Source: Mytilus trossulus
Lineage: Eukaryota
Assembly (NCBI RefSeq): GCF_036588685.1
Contig: NC_086376.1
Location: 45,446,001 to 45,510,000, forward strand
Direction: 5' to 3'
DNA: 64,000 nt
Shown here: one piece after another, positions 14,365 through 26,132 of the stretch
Layout: each line of letters begins with the position of its first letter
Numbering within the stretch: position 1 is the first letter of the stretch
Made by a program: the position numbers and the translations under genes
Notes under the pieces: generated by a model
Databases searched by the model: none
Seen by the model: the letters and a program-made list of their open reading frames with translations, nothing else
Told to the model about the DNA's origin: nothing

Positions 14365-15284
14365 ATATAAACGAGTCTAAATTGAAAACTACGTTCAAAC
14401 CTATGACTGCGTTGGATAAAAACCGCAATTTTTATACGTGTGCATGTCAAACAAATTTCGTTGTAGAAGGGTCTAAAAACAGCACAAACAACATTTTCCA
14501 AAGGACCAAAAGAGTGAAAAAGTAAATTTAAACAAAACGCATTTGACTAACAGGTCGAACAACTGATGTTCTTTAACCCTGCTGACTGCCATTGGCGATT
14601 GCCAAATAAAATTGATCACAGGTTGTAACAAAATGGATCTTATTATAAATTTAATACGTCACAGAAAGAAAAAAAATTTGTTAACTTGTGGACAGGATGT
14701 TGTGCCACAAACATTCGGTGTCAATATTTCTTTAGTACACCATATCCGGATTTCGACAATAAATGTCTCTTCAGTGATGTTAGGGATCGAAACGGTATTT
14801 GGAAGGCCATATAAAAAGCACCCTCATTTTTAGAGAAAGTACCCTCATTTTTAGATTAACTCTTGAATTTTAAGAGTCAATATATAGGATGAACGGATCA
14901 TATAAACCGGAGGGAAAATATGATACATGCCCAAACAAAAAATATAAACGAGTCTAAATTGAAAACTACGTTCAAACCTATGACTGCGTTGGATAAAAAC
15001 CGCAATTTTTATACGTGTGCATGTCAAACAAATTTCGTTGTAGAAGGGTCTAAAAACAGCACAAACAACATTTTCCAAAAGACCAAAAGAGTGAAAAAGT
15101 ATATTTAAACAAAGCGCATTTGACTAACAGGTCGAACAACTGATGTTCTTTAACCCTGCTGACTGCCATTGGCGATTGCCAAATAAAATTGATCACAGGT
15201 TGTAACAAAATGGATCTTATTATAAATTTAATACGTCTCAGAAAAAAAAAAATTGTTAACTTGTGGACAGGATGTTGTGCCACA
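14365..15284 (-). mobile_element. Partial-tandem insertion: two ~345-bp near-identical direct repeats flanking a hammerhead-containing spacer (577-bp period)
   Basis: Repeats at about 14365-14709 and 14942-15284 differ by only a few bases. ACATTGTATATATATA is present at both 14354-14369 and 15282-15297 (TSD-like). Confidence 0.8.
14737..14780 (-). ncRNA. Type I minimal hammerhead ribozyme (family 2), all helices intact, in Nkx6 intron 2
   Basis: Minus strand reads ACAUCA CUGAAGA GACA-UUUAU-UGUC GAAA U-CCGG-AUA^UGGUGU. Helix I is 6 bp, helix II 4 bp, helix III is the palindrome AUCCGGAU, and the triplet is AUA. Confidence 0.8.
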
Positions 15285-16363
15285 TTGTATATATATATAT
15301 ATATGCTTGTTCGTGAATTTAAGTATCAAGTTCTAGAGATTTTAACTTCATGCATGGATGTAAATTGTAAATTATTCAAAAGAAAATCAAAATTTGTAAA
15401 CAAAAATGTAGAGTTTGATTTTCATTTATAGCATCGATTTTTGGCCAATATTATAAGTTTAATGAAAACTAAATAAACTAATTCCAAAGACTCTCTAAGC
15501 AATGAAACAATAGTTTCAAAGGGACACTACCAAAAAGCAAAGAAAGACTCACAACCAATTGTTGTGACTATCTCATAATATTAGATATTTATTATTTTTT
15601 AAAAAGGATTGCCTTAATGTTAATGATGCATCAACATACAAGCTGTGTTTTCACTTTTATCTTTCCTCTTCAACGCCCATTCCCTCACTGTCGCACAACT
15701 CTTTCATGAAAATCTGCGACATCAGATTAAGCAATCAACGGTCCCCGCAGGTGCACCATGGGAATTGAATTTATCAGGCAACATCCGTGACGACATAATG
15801 AGATGAAATTAACGACCAATACAATTATCCGTTATATCAGCCGTTAGATCAAGCGCTAAATGATGCGTTCACAAACCAAGATTTATTGAATTAACAAAAG
15901 AGGCTTATTTAGAATATTTCTTATAATTAGATAAGTCTTAAGTACCTGTGGATAAGGGGATATAAATCACTTAAGCTATTGTCATCTTTGTTAACCAAGA
16001 TATACGATAGCAGTAGGTGGTATCTGAAAACGATTCGAGACCGTAGCGTGTCATGTTAACATGATATGTGGCTGTTCAGATATTGTAGCGATATTACTAG
16101 TTGAACACTGTAACATAGATTATGGGGTGTTTTTTTAGCAAGGTTCTTTGGGAGTGGGGAGTCGGTTCTTTATGACAACTGACAGTTTCTCAGTCGAAAC
16201 GTTATAATTACAAAGTCTTAAAAAATTATGAAGCATAGCCCACCAGATTCTAAGATTGACTGATCTTTTGCTTCTGCTGAAACCTGATATAATATAAAAT
16301 AAAATAAAACATGAAAAAAATAGTTTTTAACACAGTCTCCCTCCAAAGTATATCCGACGCTTA

Positions 16364-16780
<417 letters not shown>

Positions 16781-19042
16781 TTAAGTTTATGATGTATACA
16801 TTATAACCTGGTTTTCTATGCTTAACCTCATCACTTCCGTTTTTAATTTGCATTACTAATACTAGCAACATATTTCGTGTTTTACTTAAGAATATCAATA
16901 GTAATTGAGTAAGCGTGTTATTTTACTGAGACTAAATAAGGAAAATATGTTTTAAAGAAATACTGTATAAATAAAACCTGCATGCGAAATCAGATTTATT
17001 TGCATAGACTTTGCATAGGTTTTGTAGGTTTTAACGTGGATATTTTCTACCGACCGCGCGAAAGTTTCACAGCCAGACAGATCGTTAAACAATCCCGTAT
17101 AGAAGGATACTTTCTCCTACTATTTATTTATTTTCATGATAAGGGGAAAATATAATTATTAAGTTGAAAACCACAAAAAAAAAATAAAAAATAAACTTTG
17201 ATTTTTTTTCGACTAATCCATTTTGTTCTTGTATTGCTACATTTAAACTATGAGTTGAGATAAATTTATGTTTGTAGCTGTCAAAAATTTTACAATCGAA
17301 ATTCAGGTAATCCGTTTTATATTATCTGAGCAAGTCTATACGCCGCCCATAAATAAAAGAGCAAAAGACTTTTTGTAAAGTTGACATTTTGTCAGCTATT
17401 TTAACCAAAATTGGGACTAAGTGTTTTGCAAAATGCTGAATAAATAGATTTATAGATTTTCTGTCGTTTTCTGATTCCCAACAAAATGGTTTAGAAAATG
17501 TGACAACGGTGGTCGATGAGGTTGTCTATACTTATTTTAAACCCTGTTTCTTTCTGTTTGCTCTCAGATTGTACAGCACAGGAAGTCAAACGGCTGATAC
17601 GATTAAGATACATGGATAATAAATCAGTCAAAGTCTCCCAAAATTGGATCAGACACGTATCTTATATATGTACTAAACCTCAAACGGGAGACCTTATTTC
17701 ATAGGACTGAATATTACAACTTGCTCGACCTCAAATGTCAAGTACAACCGAAACAAACTGCCAATGTAACTCAAAGTCTTTAAATACATGGCTATTGGAT
17801 AGTAAATATATCTATCTTAAAGCAATTGCTGTGAATTGTTATGTGCATTTTACCCGGTAGATAATCTTAAAAGACGCAAATTTCTGCGTCCTATATATCT
17901 GCACATACTGCACTATGCAGTCACATTTAACTACCATCATTTTCAGGATGTTTCGTACAGTAACAAATCCTCTATCAAATGAAGTGAATTTAGTCGGGAG
18001 CAACACAATTTAGTTTTGCACCCAAATGTTCCAACAACTATCTGTTACAGGTACATCATAAAATTATCGTGCTACGTCTTTCAACCTCGTGATGTGGTGA
18101 GATATGTAGCATACAAAAGGTCTCGTGTTTTTTTTTTGTATAGGAGCTAAACTTCAGGGACAAAAGCGATCTTCTTAATCATGATTTAGTACAGATTGAA
18201 GGCAGAGGTTCTAACCTCCTTGTTTCGCTCATGTATTTTCTTGCGTCTATCTACAGCTGTACAAATTGCAAGACCGATAACTCTGTTTGCTGATCGCCAA
18301 ATGTAATTAGAAACCGACATACAATTAATCCCTTACAGTAGCTAAATTAGAAAAATATCCTATCAATTTTATAATAATCAGTTATATAACTCTATCAGTA
18401 AATAACACTGTTTATAGTTTATGATATCGGATTATAATTTGAATCGATCAATTTCCGTACGGGATTTGATCAGTTATTTTATCAGATAACAACCATTATC
18501 TGGGGAATATTTAACAGTTTTAGTTGGCATTAGTCTTATTATTTTGATTGTGTTATTAAATTTAGATAAAAGTGAATGTTAGGGCGTAATATTTTTGGAC
18601 TTTTAAATTGTCTCTTGTGTATCAACCTGAACCAACTTTTGAGCATCCTATTTTCAACGATTGCTACAACGGAACAGCATTTTATCAATAAGAACTAGCA
18701 TTCGCTTTTCTGAATTGCAGAATTTTTCAAATAAAGTAATATTTTATTCAAAGCAAAATCAAGTATAATTTAGGAGGTAAACTAGTAAACATAATATCCG
18801 TCTGGTAGTCGTTTAAATAAAGCTTATTCTGTAGAGAGCAAATTTACTAAAAATAAATATTTTGAGCTAGAAAGACGAGTACTTTGACCCAAAAAAATAG
18901 TGAATTAGTTAGTTCGAAAGACTGAGTAAATTAACACATGTACTAATCATGCTAGTTATAATTTTTTACGGTTATCTCTGTTGTTGTTTTTTTGTGTACT
19001 GTTCAGTATTTGTGTTTTCTTCGTTTTCCCTTTTTGACTTAA

Positions 19043-19147
19043 TTGCCATGGCATAAGTATTTTGTTTTTTGCCATGACATAAGTAGTTTGTTTTTTGCCA
19101 TGGCATAAGTAGTTTGTTTTTTTGCCATGGCATAAGTAGTTTGTTTT
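19043..19147. repeat. Tandem repeat, 4 x 26-27 bp (TTGCCATGGCATAAGTAGTTTGTTTT)
   Basis: Seen directly; a local amplification inside a family E-like remnant. Confidence 0.9.
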
Positions 19148-20254
19148 CGACTGATGAGTTTGTATATTAGTTAGGTTTCCTTGTTTCTAGATAAGCTATT
19201 ATATCTATTTGTTAATAAAATATTTAGTGTTATAGGTTTAATAATATTTACCAAACAATAATACTATTCATTGTATAATATGTGAAATATTTATTTTTTA
19301 AATTTAGAGGACAAAATATTTTAAATTAAAAGCTTGTTCCTATTGTGTTTTTTTTCTCTCTTGATATAGACAAGTGCTGGTTATTTTATTTTTTAATTTG
19401 CTTATTATTTTTTCATTTAATTATTTTTAAACTTCACGTCCATTTCTTGAAATAGCTTCAGTTTCAGTTTTTATCTACTTAATGTTATGTCTTTTTACTG
19501 AAGTCTTACAAACAATTCGGTTTAAACCAATAGACTTACATCATGTTTTTGTTTTCTTTCTATAAACTTTATTTCTTATATCAGAAAAAGAAGAAAAAAA
19601 ACCTACGATGCAAAATGTATGCGTTTTAAAAACATAGAAATTTTGCAAAAAAATAAACATTAAAGCACAGTAATTACTTTTGAACCATCTTATAAACGTT
19701 TACTATAAAAACAATATGAAAAGCGATTAGTTTTTCGGATGTCTACATAAAGTATGGTATAAACACTTTTTAATACAAATGTTAAAATCATTATTTCCAC
19801 ATATTTATGTCAATACAACAGCTTTTCAAATGTTTTTTTTTTCTCTTTGAGTATGCAAGCATGTACAAAGCGCACATGTTGAAAAAACTAAAATTGCATT
19901 TAACTTAATCAAAACGAATATAAATTTAAATATATAGCGAGGGAAAACGACTTAATTCTACCGCCAAAAATTGTAAAAAAAACCTTTTAAATGCGTTTAA
20001 GCGGTTTTATTTAATTTGCAAATTCATATCATTCTATAATGTCGTTAAATATCCTCTCTAAGTGAGTAGTTATGAAAAATGTACAAGTAAACATCATTTA
20101 AAAGTCAACAGTTTAATTTGATTAGTTGTAAACAATCAGCACCTTTGTGTTACGTTAAGTTCTCCACAGGAAACAAACATGGGGATATAAAACTTCCAAC
20201 TGGACGACCATGTGGTCGACTGTGAATTTTCCGTGTACTATACGAGGCTACAAA

Positions 20255-20501
20255 TTGATAAAAAGCCCCATACGCTGTTTAACAAATTTAAGATAGTTTG
20301 CTCATAAATATGAACTACATGTAAATTATTTTGTAAAGTTGGAACCGCCTTTTGAGTAACTTTTTTCATCATGGTCATGGCTACTAGTTGATAAAAAGCA
20401 CCATACGATGTTTCACAGATTTGAAATAGTTTGATAATAAATATGAACTACATGTAGATTAATTTGTAAGTTGGATCCGCCTTTTGAGTAACTTTCTTCA
20501 T
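20255..20501. repeat. Diverged direct duplication, ~133-bp period, in intron 1
   Basis: TTGATAAAAAGC..CATACG...ATAAATATGAACTACATGTA...CCGCCTTTTGAGTAACTTT occurs twice. Confidence 0.85.
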
Positions 20502-20877
20502 GTCTAATATTTAAACATATTGAGAAAATATAACTTCTGTTTTCCATAAATTTTCCTTTTAGGCATCAAAGGTGATATGTTTTTTTATTATATCGTTCTC
20601 CCTTTCAAATAAAAGTAAATAAAAACCTTCATTTTTCAAATGGTCTGATTCGTATAAACATAAGTAAAATTGATTTTAAATGAAAAGTCCAAAAATTAAT
20701 TATTAAAATATTTTTTTATATTTTTTCTTTAAGAGAAAATTACTTAATTTTTCTTGAAGTTTTCGACTATTTAAAACATAAAAATATATAATGATTTAGT
20801 CGATACGCACTTTATGGTCCATGAAAGGAATATTTATTATTATAATATGGGATAAGTATTATGATTATATATTTTAC

Positions 20878-21316
20878 CTGAAGCTCTCCAAGGATTTGGT
20901 CCATTAAATATTCCGGGCCAGTATATAGGAGGTCTGCCTGGAAGTTCTGCAAGTTTAGGAAATCTAGCTCTAGGGTTTAAATACATTCCTGCAGCATTGA
21001 AACCCGCTAGTCCAAGCGGTCTACCCAAAATGTCATTTATACCGTGAGGAGTACCGTTGTTAAAAGCATGTTTCCAAGCAGCTGACGCCGATTGATTTTG
21101 TGAAAAAAAGTTTGAAGATGATGAAACTGGTGTCTTCATTTCTGTCATATTATGTAAAGCAGCTAGCGGTGGACTACTTAGAACAAAAGCGGACTGTCTA
21201 GAATTTTCCATCGCCACATTTCCATTCATATTTAGAATGGAAGCCATACTAGGACTAGAGTTTGCTTGGTAAGCAGCGTTTCCGTTAGTGTCATTCATAA
21301 AGCTATCCAACAACAT
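20878..21316 (-). CDS. Nkx6: Nkx6 homeobox gene, coding exon 1 (N-terminus with eh1/TN Groucho-binding motif)
   Basis: ATG at 21316. Translation contains [23 protein letters not shown] (eh1) and [17 protein letters not shown], motifs typical of the Nkx6 family. Donor TCAG|GTAAAA after 20878; 439 nt, phase 1. Confidence 0.95.
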
Positions 21317-21599
21317 GATTTTCGTTAATAAAAAAAAGTATTAAAAAATTAAGGTGTTTATATTAATTCACTTGTGCATCTCCATTATTCGATAGTGTGA
21401 CATGACTCTGGATACTTTCAAATAGTTTGAATATTTCCTTTGACAAATAGGTAATGTCTCTTTCAAAAACTGATACACATAGAATAAAATCAAATATACG
21501 TCTGCGATAATACTGTTTTCACTGTTCAATTTATCACACGTTGACCACTTAGATTTACAAATTTGTTTAGAACACATGGAATGAAAGTTAAGAGTTATC

Positions 21600-21730
21600 A
21601 ATCACTTGTAATGCTACTTATTATCAAGTTTGAGTGCCTCTTTTTTAATGTCCCGCCTTCGTCCCTTTTCATTGGTTAAAATCAAAATCACGGCTGAGAT
21701 TTTTTCTCAATGACTACCTTCGATTGGAGG
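21600..21730 (-). promoter_or_regulatory. Putative Nkx6 proximal promoter
   Basis: On the minus strand: two CCAAT boxes (21727-21723, 21675-21671), a GC-box-like GGCGGGA (21657-21651) and a TA-rich TTAAAAAA (about 21648-21641), clustered 330-410 bp upstream of the ATG. The TSS is not determined. Confidence 0.45.
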
Positions 21731-22870
21731 ATGTTGCAAACAAAGTATGTATTGATACATTTAAACGGAATATTTTACCATATATTATAATAGACTATTA
21801 TGCTATATTTTAGAATTATCTGTTGTAATTCGCGAACGATTATTACCAGGAACATGTCATATTTAAAGGATTTTCTTTATGTATTGCTTCAAGTATGGAA
21901 TAAACTTAACAGACCACTTTTTTAATGTAATAATAAAAATTAAATAATATAAATGTATAAGCCGTTTTTAATTAATGGTATAGCTGACAAAGAGCTTGTG
22001 GAAACATACACTCCTCAGAAGCTGGTTGAGGGCGCTTGAAAATAGCATTTCGACCAAATCAAATATAAGAATTTGTCAATTGTGTTGAAAAAAGTAAAGC
22101 GAATTTGTTCGGATAAATCACGCCCCATCTATAAAACTGTCAAGAAAATGAATATAAATGTGTTTATAATTCCAATAGTACACGGACAATTAAAAAATGA
22201 GACATTTCTATAAGTCTTGATTCAGTTCCTATGGAGACATAATGTTTCCGTATTTTGTGACATGACCCAAGAATTGGAAAGGTCATTATTTCTTTAAACA
22301 ACATCCTGATGACCGAACCTGACCTTGGTTATTTTGGTGCTGAAGTCCCATTTTAGAGATAAATGGACAAATGTTCAAAAATTATAAGTACAAAAATTTA
22401 ATTTTGAACCTATTAAACTCGAAGAGGATATCGTTTTAGCATAGTTTTATTATAAAATAAATATAACTTGTCTCGTAATAATATTATGGCATTTTAAAAA
22501 GATAGTTTTATAAAAATTCAAAGGAAATTCAAATTATTATTTTAGAATTTATTTATTTTATTTTTACTGATTTTGCTTTAAACTTTTGAAATTATTTTTA
22601 ATAACGTATGAACAAAAAAGTTACATGCCTTAAAATAATTAAATACTTTATAATTGAAAACATATGCAGTTGTTGCAAGAGCTGCATTTTATTTTATTTG
22701 TGCTATAATAAATGAAATTGAATAGGTGATTTTCATATTTATTTTTGTGTTTATTGCATACCAATAAGTTTTATAAATCTCAACCAAAAATATCTGTGAA
22801 TCATACACATGGAAGAAGAACTAAGAATTTCCTCGATGATCAAAATTACTTTCAAAAAAATAAGTACAAT

Positions 22871-23002
22871 TGTTATTTTAAAATTTTGTCTTTGGCAATT
22901 CATAATTTTACTATAACAACTCAGTTGTTATAGTGAAATTATGAATTGCTCAGTTGTTATAGCAAAATTATGAATTGCTAAAGACAAAATTTTAATATAA
23001 CA
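22871..23002. repeat. Long AT-rich palindrome with an internal 29-bp tandem duplication
   Basis: Left arm TGTTATTTTAAAATTTTGTCTTTGGCAATTCATAATTTTACTATAACAAC, TCA spacer, then a complementary right arm whose inner 29 bp are duplicated. Confidence 0.85.
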
Positions 23003-23417
23003 CAATCATGCCAATATCAATGTAAATATGATACCAATGCGTTCAATGCATGATAAAAATAAGAAGAAAAATAGCGACGAGAACAAACTAATTTAAAAAT
23101 AAATCAATAATAATATATATTTATCACCATGATAATAAAATCAAAAATGATAAAAGAAAAAACAACGACGACCTGCCATAGACGAAACGAGTTTTGTAAC
23201 GGATCTGTTATTTCAATTTTTTTTGAAAGCTGAGGGAATCAGTTAAGTCGTCCTAATTAATTTTTTGTTCTACAAAAACAATGACAGATATTCTTTTAAA
23301 GTCCATTAGATAATACTTGACGCCTATTTTGGCCGTGATTCAGTCTAATACAAATCAATGCATAGGATAGGAACATATAATAATTTGATATACTTTATTG
23401 CAAAAAGCAAAACCCTG

Positions 23418-24231
23418 GGGCCGGTTTCACGAAGCTATCCTAAGACATGTAATAAGATATATCTTAGGACATGTCTTATGATCCTCTTAGGACTATCCTA
23501 GGACATATCTCAGACCTCGTCTCGAAGCTGTCTTAGTATGATCTTCGCTAAGACATCCTAACCATGTCGCCAGTTCTTAAAAAATTTCAAATATAAACAT
23601 TGATTTACGGAAAATTCATGTAAATGTAGTATGTCTTTACGATAAATTATACTAAAATGTATTGTTTAATATACTGACATGATAAGCAAAATTGATATAC
23701 AAAATAAATGTTGTTTATATAGAATTATCTATAAATAATACACCAATGTACATATGAAACTTTTAATACAAAATTAAAAAAAAATTAAAAAATAAAATGA
23801 TGCCTTTTTTTTGGTACAAGTGAGTTGATTTCAATTTCCACTGTATTGGTTATAAAACTTTTAAGGTTAAAGGATAAAATCATGCATTCTTGATGTCAAT
23901 ACATCGATGTTTCATTGTTTACACATCATAATAATCCGTCAATCTGTAAAGATTACGTTATAAAAACAGGAAAAGGAGAATAGATAATTAGATAATAATA
24001 AGATACATAAGCAAAATTAATATAAAAAATGAGTTCAATTTATATAAATGAACGTATGACTATATCCTAAGACCATCATAAGACACCTCTCGTGTTGTCC
24101 TAACTTTATGACCAACTTTAAGAGATGTCCTAATTTAGGACCACTTTGTGAAATCCACTTAGGACTAAGATATGTCGTAAGATCATCCTAAGACACGTCT
24201 TAGTCCTAAGACAGCTTCGTGAAACTGGGCC
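23418..24231. mobile_element. Non-autonomous TIR element (PIF/Harbinger-like MITE, ~0.8 kb)
   Basis: TIRs GGGCCGGTTTCACGAAGCT / AGCTTCGTGAAACTGGGCC, with CTG and CAG flanks (CWG). Many subterminal TCCTAAGA/TCTTAGGA motifs, AT-rich interior, no ORF. Confidence 0.8.
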
Positions 24232-25019
24232 CAGCTGATGTGTTAAAATGCTAAATTACAAATCAGAACCAGTGAGCGTATATATGGAATATAGGGATCA
24301 AATACATTTATCATATTCATTCTTTTGATTAGTGTACTCTTCTTCGTGTTATTTTATCGAAGCCAGCAAAGAATTAAAAAATAAAGCCAACATAATTATC
24401 AATATGGATTCTGAACGTTCAGTAGGAAATATCACATGTATAAATATAGGACGTAACAAGCACTAATTTTAATATGATCTATCACACAAAGGGCATGGAT
24501 TGCAGGCAGGAACTATGATTATGACTTATTGGAAGAGTAAACGTTAAAAACTAGTCAAAAGAACAGATAATATGAGGAAGAAGTTATGAGATTATGTCAT
24601 ATACTGATAAATTCGAAAAGGTGTTGCTATACAATTCATAAACATACACAAGAATAGAAATTTTCCAAACATACTTTGAATTTAACTGAACTAAAATCAG
24701 GTTTTACTTAACTATAAAGTCCAATAATCTGGACAATTGTAACAGAAATATTACAGTCGAAAGTCGTAGGTATTGCGGAGGTTATAAGTCAACTTGAGTA
24801 AAAACAAGCCATATCCGAACGTACTTCAATTCATCTACGTGTTCTTTTCTTGGAACAAATGTATACAAGTTAAGTCCTATAAATTAGACTTGACGTGAAG
24901 TGCATATTTATATATCTCACCAGACAACGTTGCGAACACAGGCTGTAGTTTTCCACTGACTAGAAGTCCAGATTAACAGTTATCTTTATCCGTGCTTCCC
25001 AAAGGGTGACTATGGAATA

Positions 25020-25390
25020 GAAATGTGGTCACTTCGGTCTTTTTCCGACCGGCAGTAAAACCCTCGCAAACGTGGGACTTCCGTTTGATGTGAGGGGTGT
25101 ATAAGTACGCTGCAACGTCCGGTCAGAATGTGTGCATTAAACTTAATAGCTATTGTAGATAGTTCCACACTATCTGCACATTGAGGGCCCTTGCGACAAT
25201 GCTTTGAAGGGTCTGTAGATGGCCTGTTACCATGATGTCCCTATCCAACATACCCTCATTTGCCAGTACATGGCAGCCCAGAATATCTCGAACTTCATTT
25301 CGCACGGCATTGTATTTATTGTTTATTTGTTCTTATCCTGAACACATATACATTATTTTCTACTACTAGTATATAGAATTTAACCAAACA
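25020..25390 (+). mobile_element. Decayed SINE-like element with a Deu/Nin-like central domain
   Basis: GC-richer island containing CGTCCGGTCAGAAT...CATTAAA...TGCACATTGAGGGCCCTTGC...CTTTGAAGGG, reminiscent of Deu/Nin SINE cores. Resemblance from memory only. Confidence 0.3.
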
Positions 25391-25421
25391 CCATTCAAAA
25401 CAAAATGTGGTGCAAACAAGT

Positions 25422-26132
25422 AACTAGAGGCTCCAAAGAGCATGCGTCGCTCACCTTGGTCTATGTGCATATTACACAAAAGACACAGATTGATTAATGA
25501 CAAAATTGTGTTTTGGTGATGGTGATGTGTTTGTAGATCTTACGTTACTGAACATTCTTGCTTCTTACAATTATCTATAATAAACTTGGCCCATTAGTTA
25601 CAGAGGAAAATATTTTGTTAAAATTTACGAAATTTATGAAAAATGTTAAAAATTGACTGTAAAGGTCAATACCTCCTTAAGGGGTCAACTGACCATTTTG
25701 ATCATATTTAACTTATTTGTAGATCTAACTTTGCTGAACATTATTGCTGTTTACTGTTTATCTCTATCTATTATAATATTCAAGATAATAACAAAAAACG
25801 TCAAGATTTCCATAAATTTGCCAATTCAGGGGCAGCAAACCAACATCCAGTTGTCCGATTCGTCCGAAAATTTCAGGGCAGATAAATCTTTATAAGCCAA
25901 AATCTACATTTTACCCCTATGTTCTATTTTTCGCCGTAGCGGCCATCTTGGTTAGTTGGCCGGGTCATCGGACACATTTTTTAAACTAGAAACCCAAATG
26001 ATGATTACGGCCAAGTTTGGTTATAAATTTGGCCCAGTAGTTTCAGAGGAGAAGATTTGTGTAAAAGTTTAACAACGACGGACGACGGACGCCAAGTGAT
26101 GAGAAAAGCTCACTTGGCCTTTTAGGCCAAGT
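25422..26132. mobile_element. Helentron-associated (HINE / DINE-1 / pearl-like) non-autonomous element
   Basis: Starts AACTAGAG...GTCGCTCACC. Ends with a (GACG/GACGAC) microsatellite and the palindrome ACTTGGCCT-TTT-AGGCCAAGT after GCTC. Confidence 0.65.

Noticed and set aside
14313-15431. Duplicated small ORFs (MENVVCAV..., MITGCNKM...)
   Set aside because: By-products of the 345-bp direct repeat, with non-ATG starts and no protein similarity recognised.
19043-19147. CRISPR-like repeat array
   Set aside because: Head-to-tail repeats without unique spacers in a eukaryotic context.
25025-25100. Possible HDV-like ribozyme (GGTCACTTCGG...CCCTCGC...GTGAGGG)
   Set aside because: Could not build the P1/P2/P3 nested double pseudoknot from this copy.
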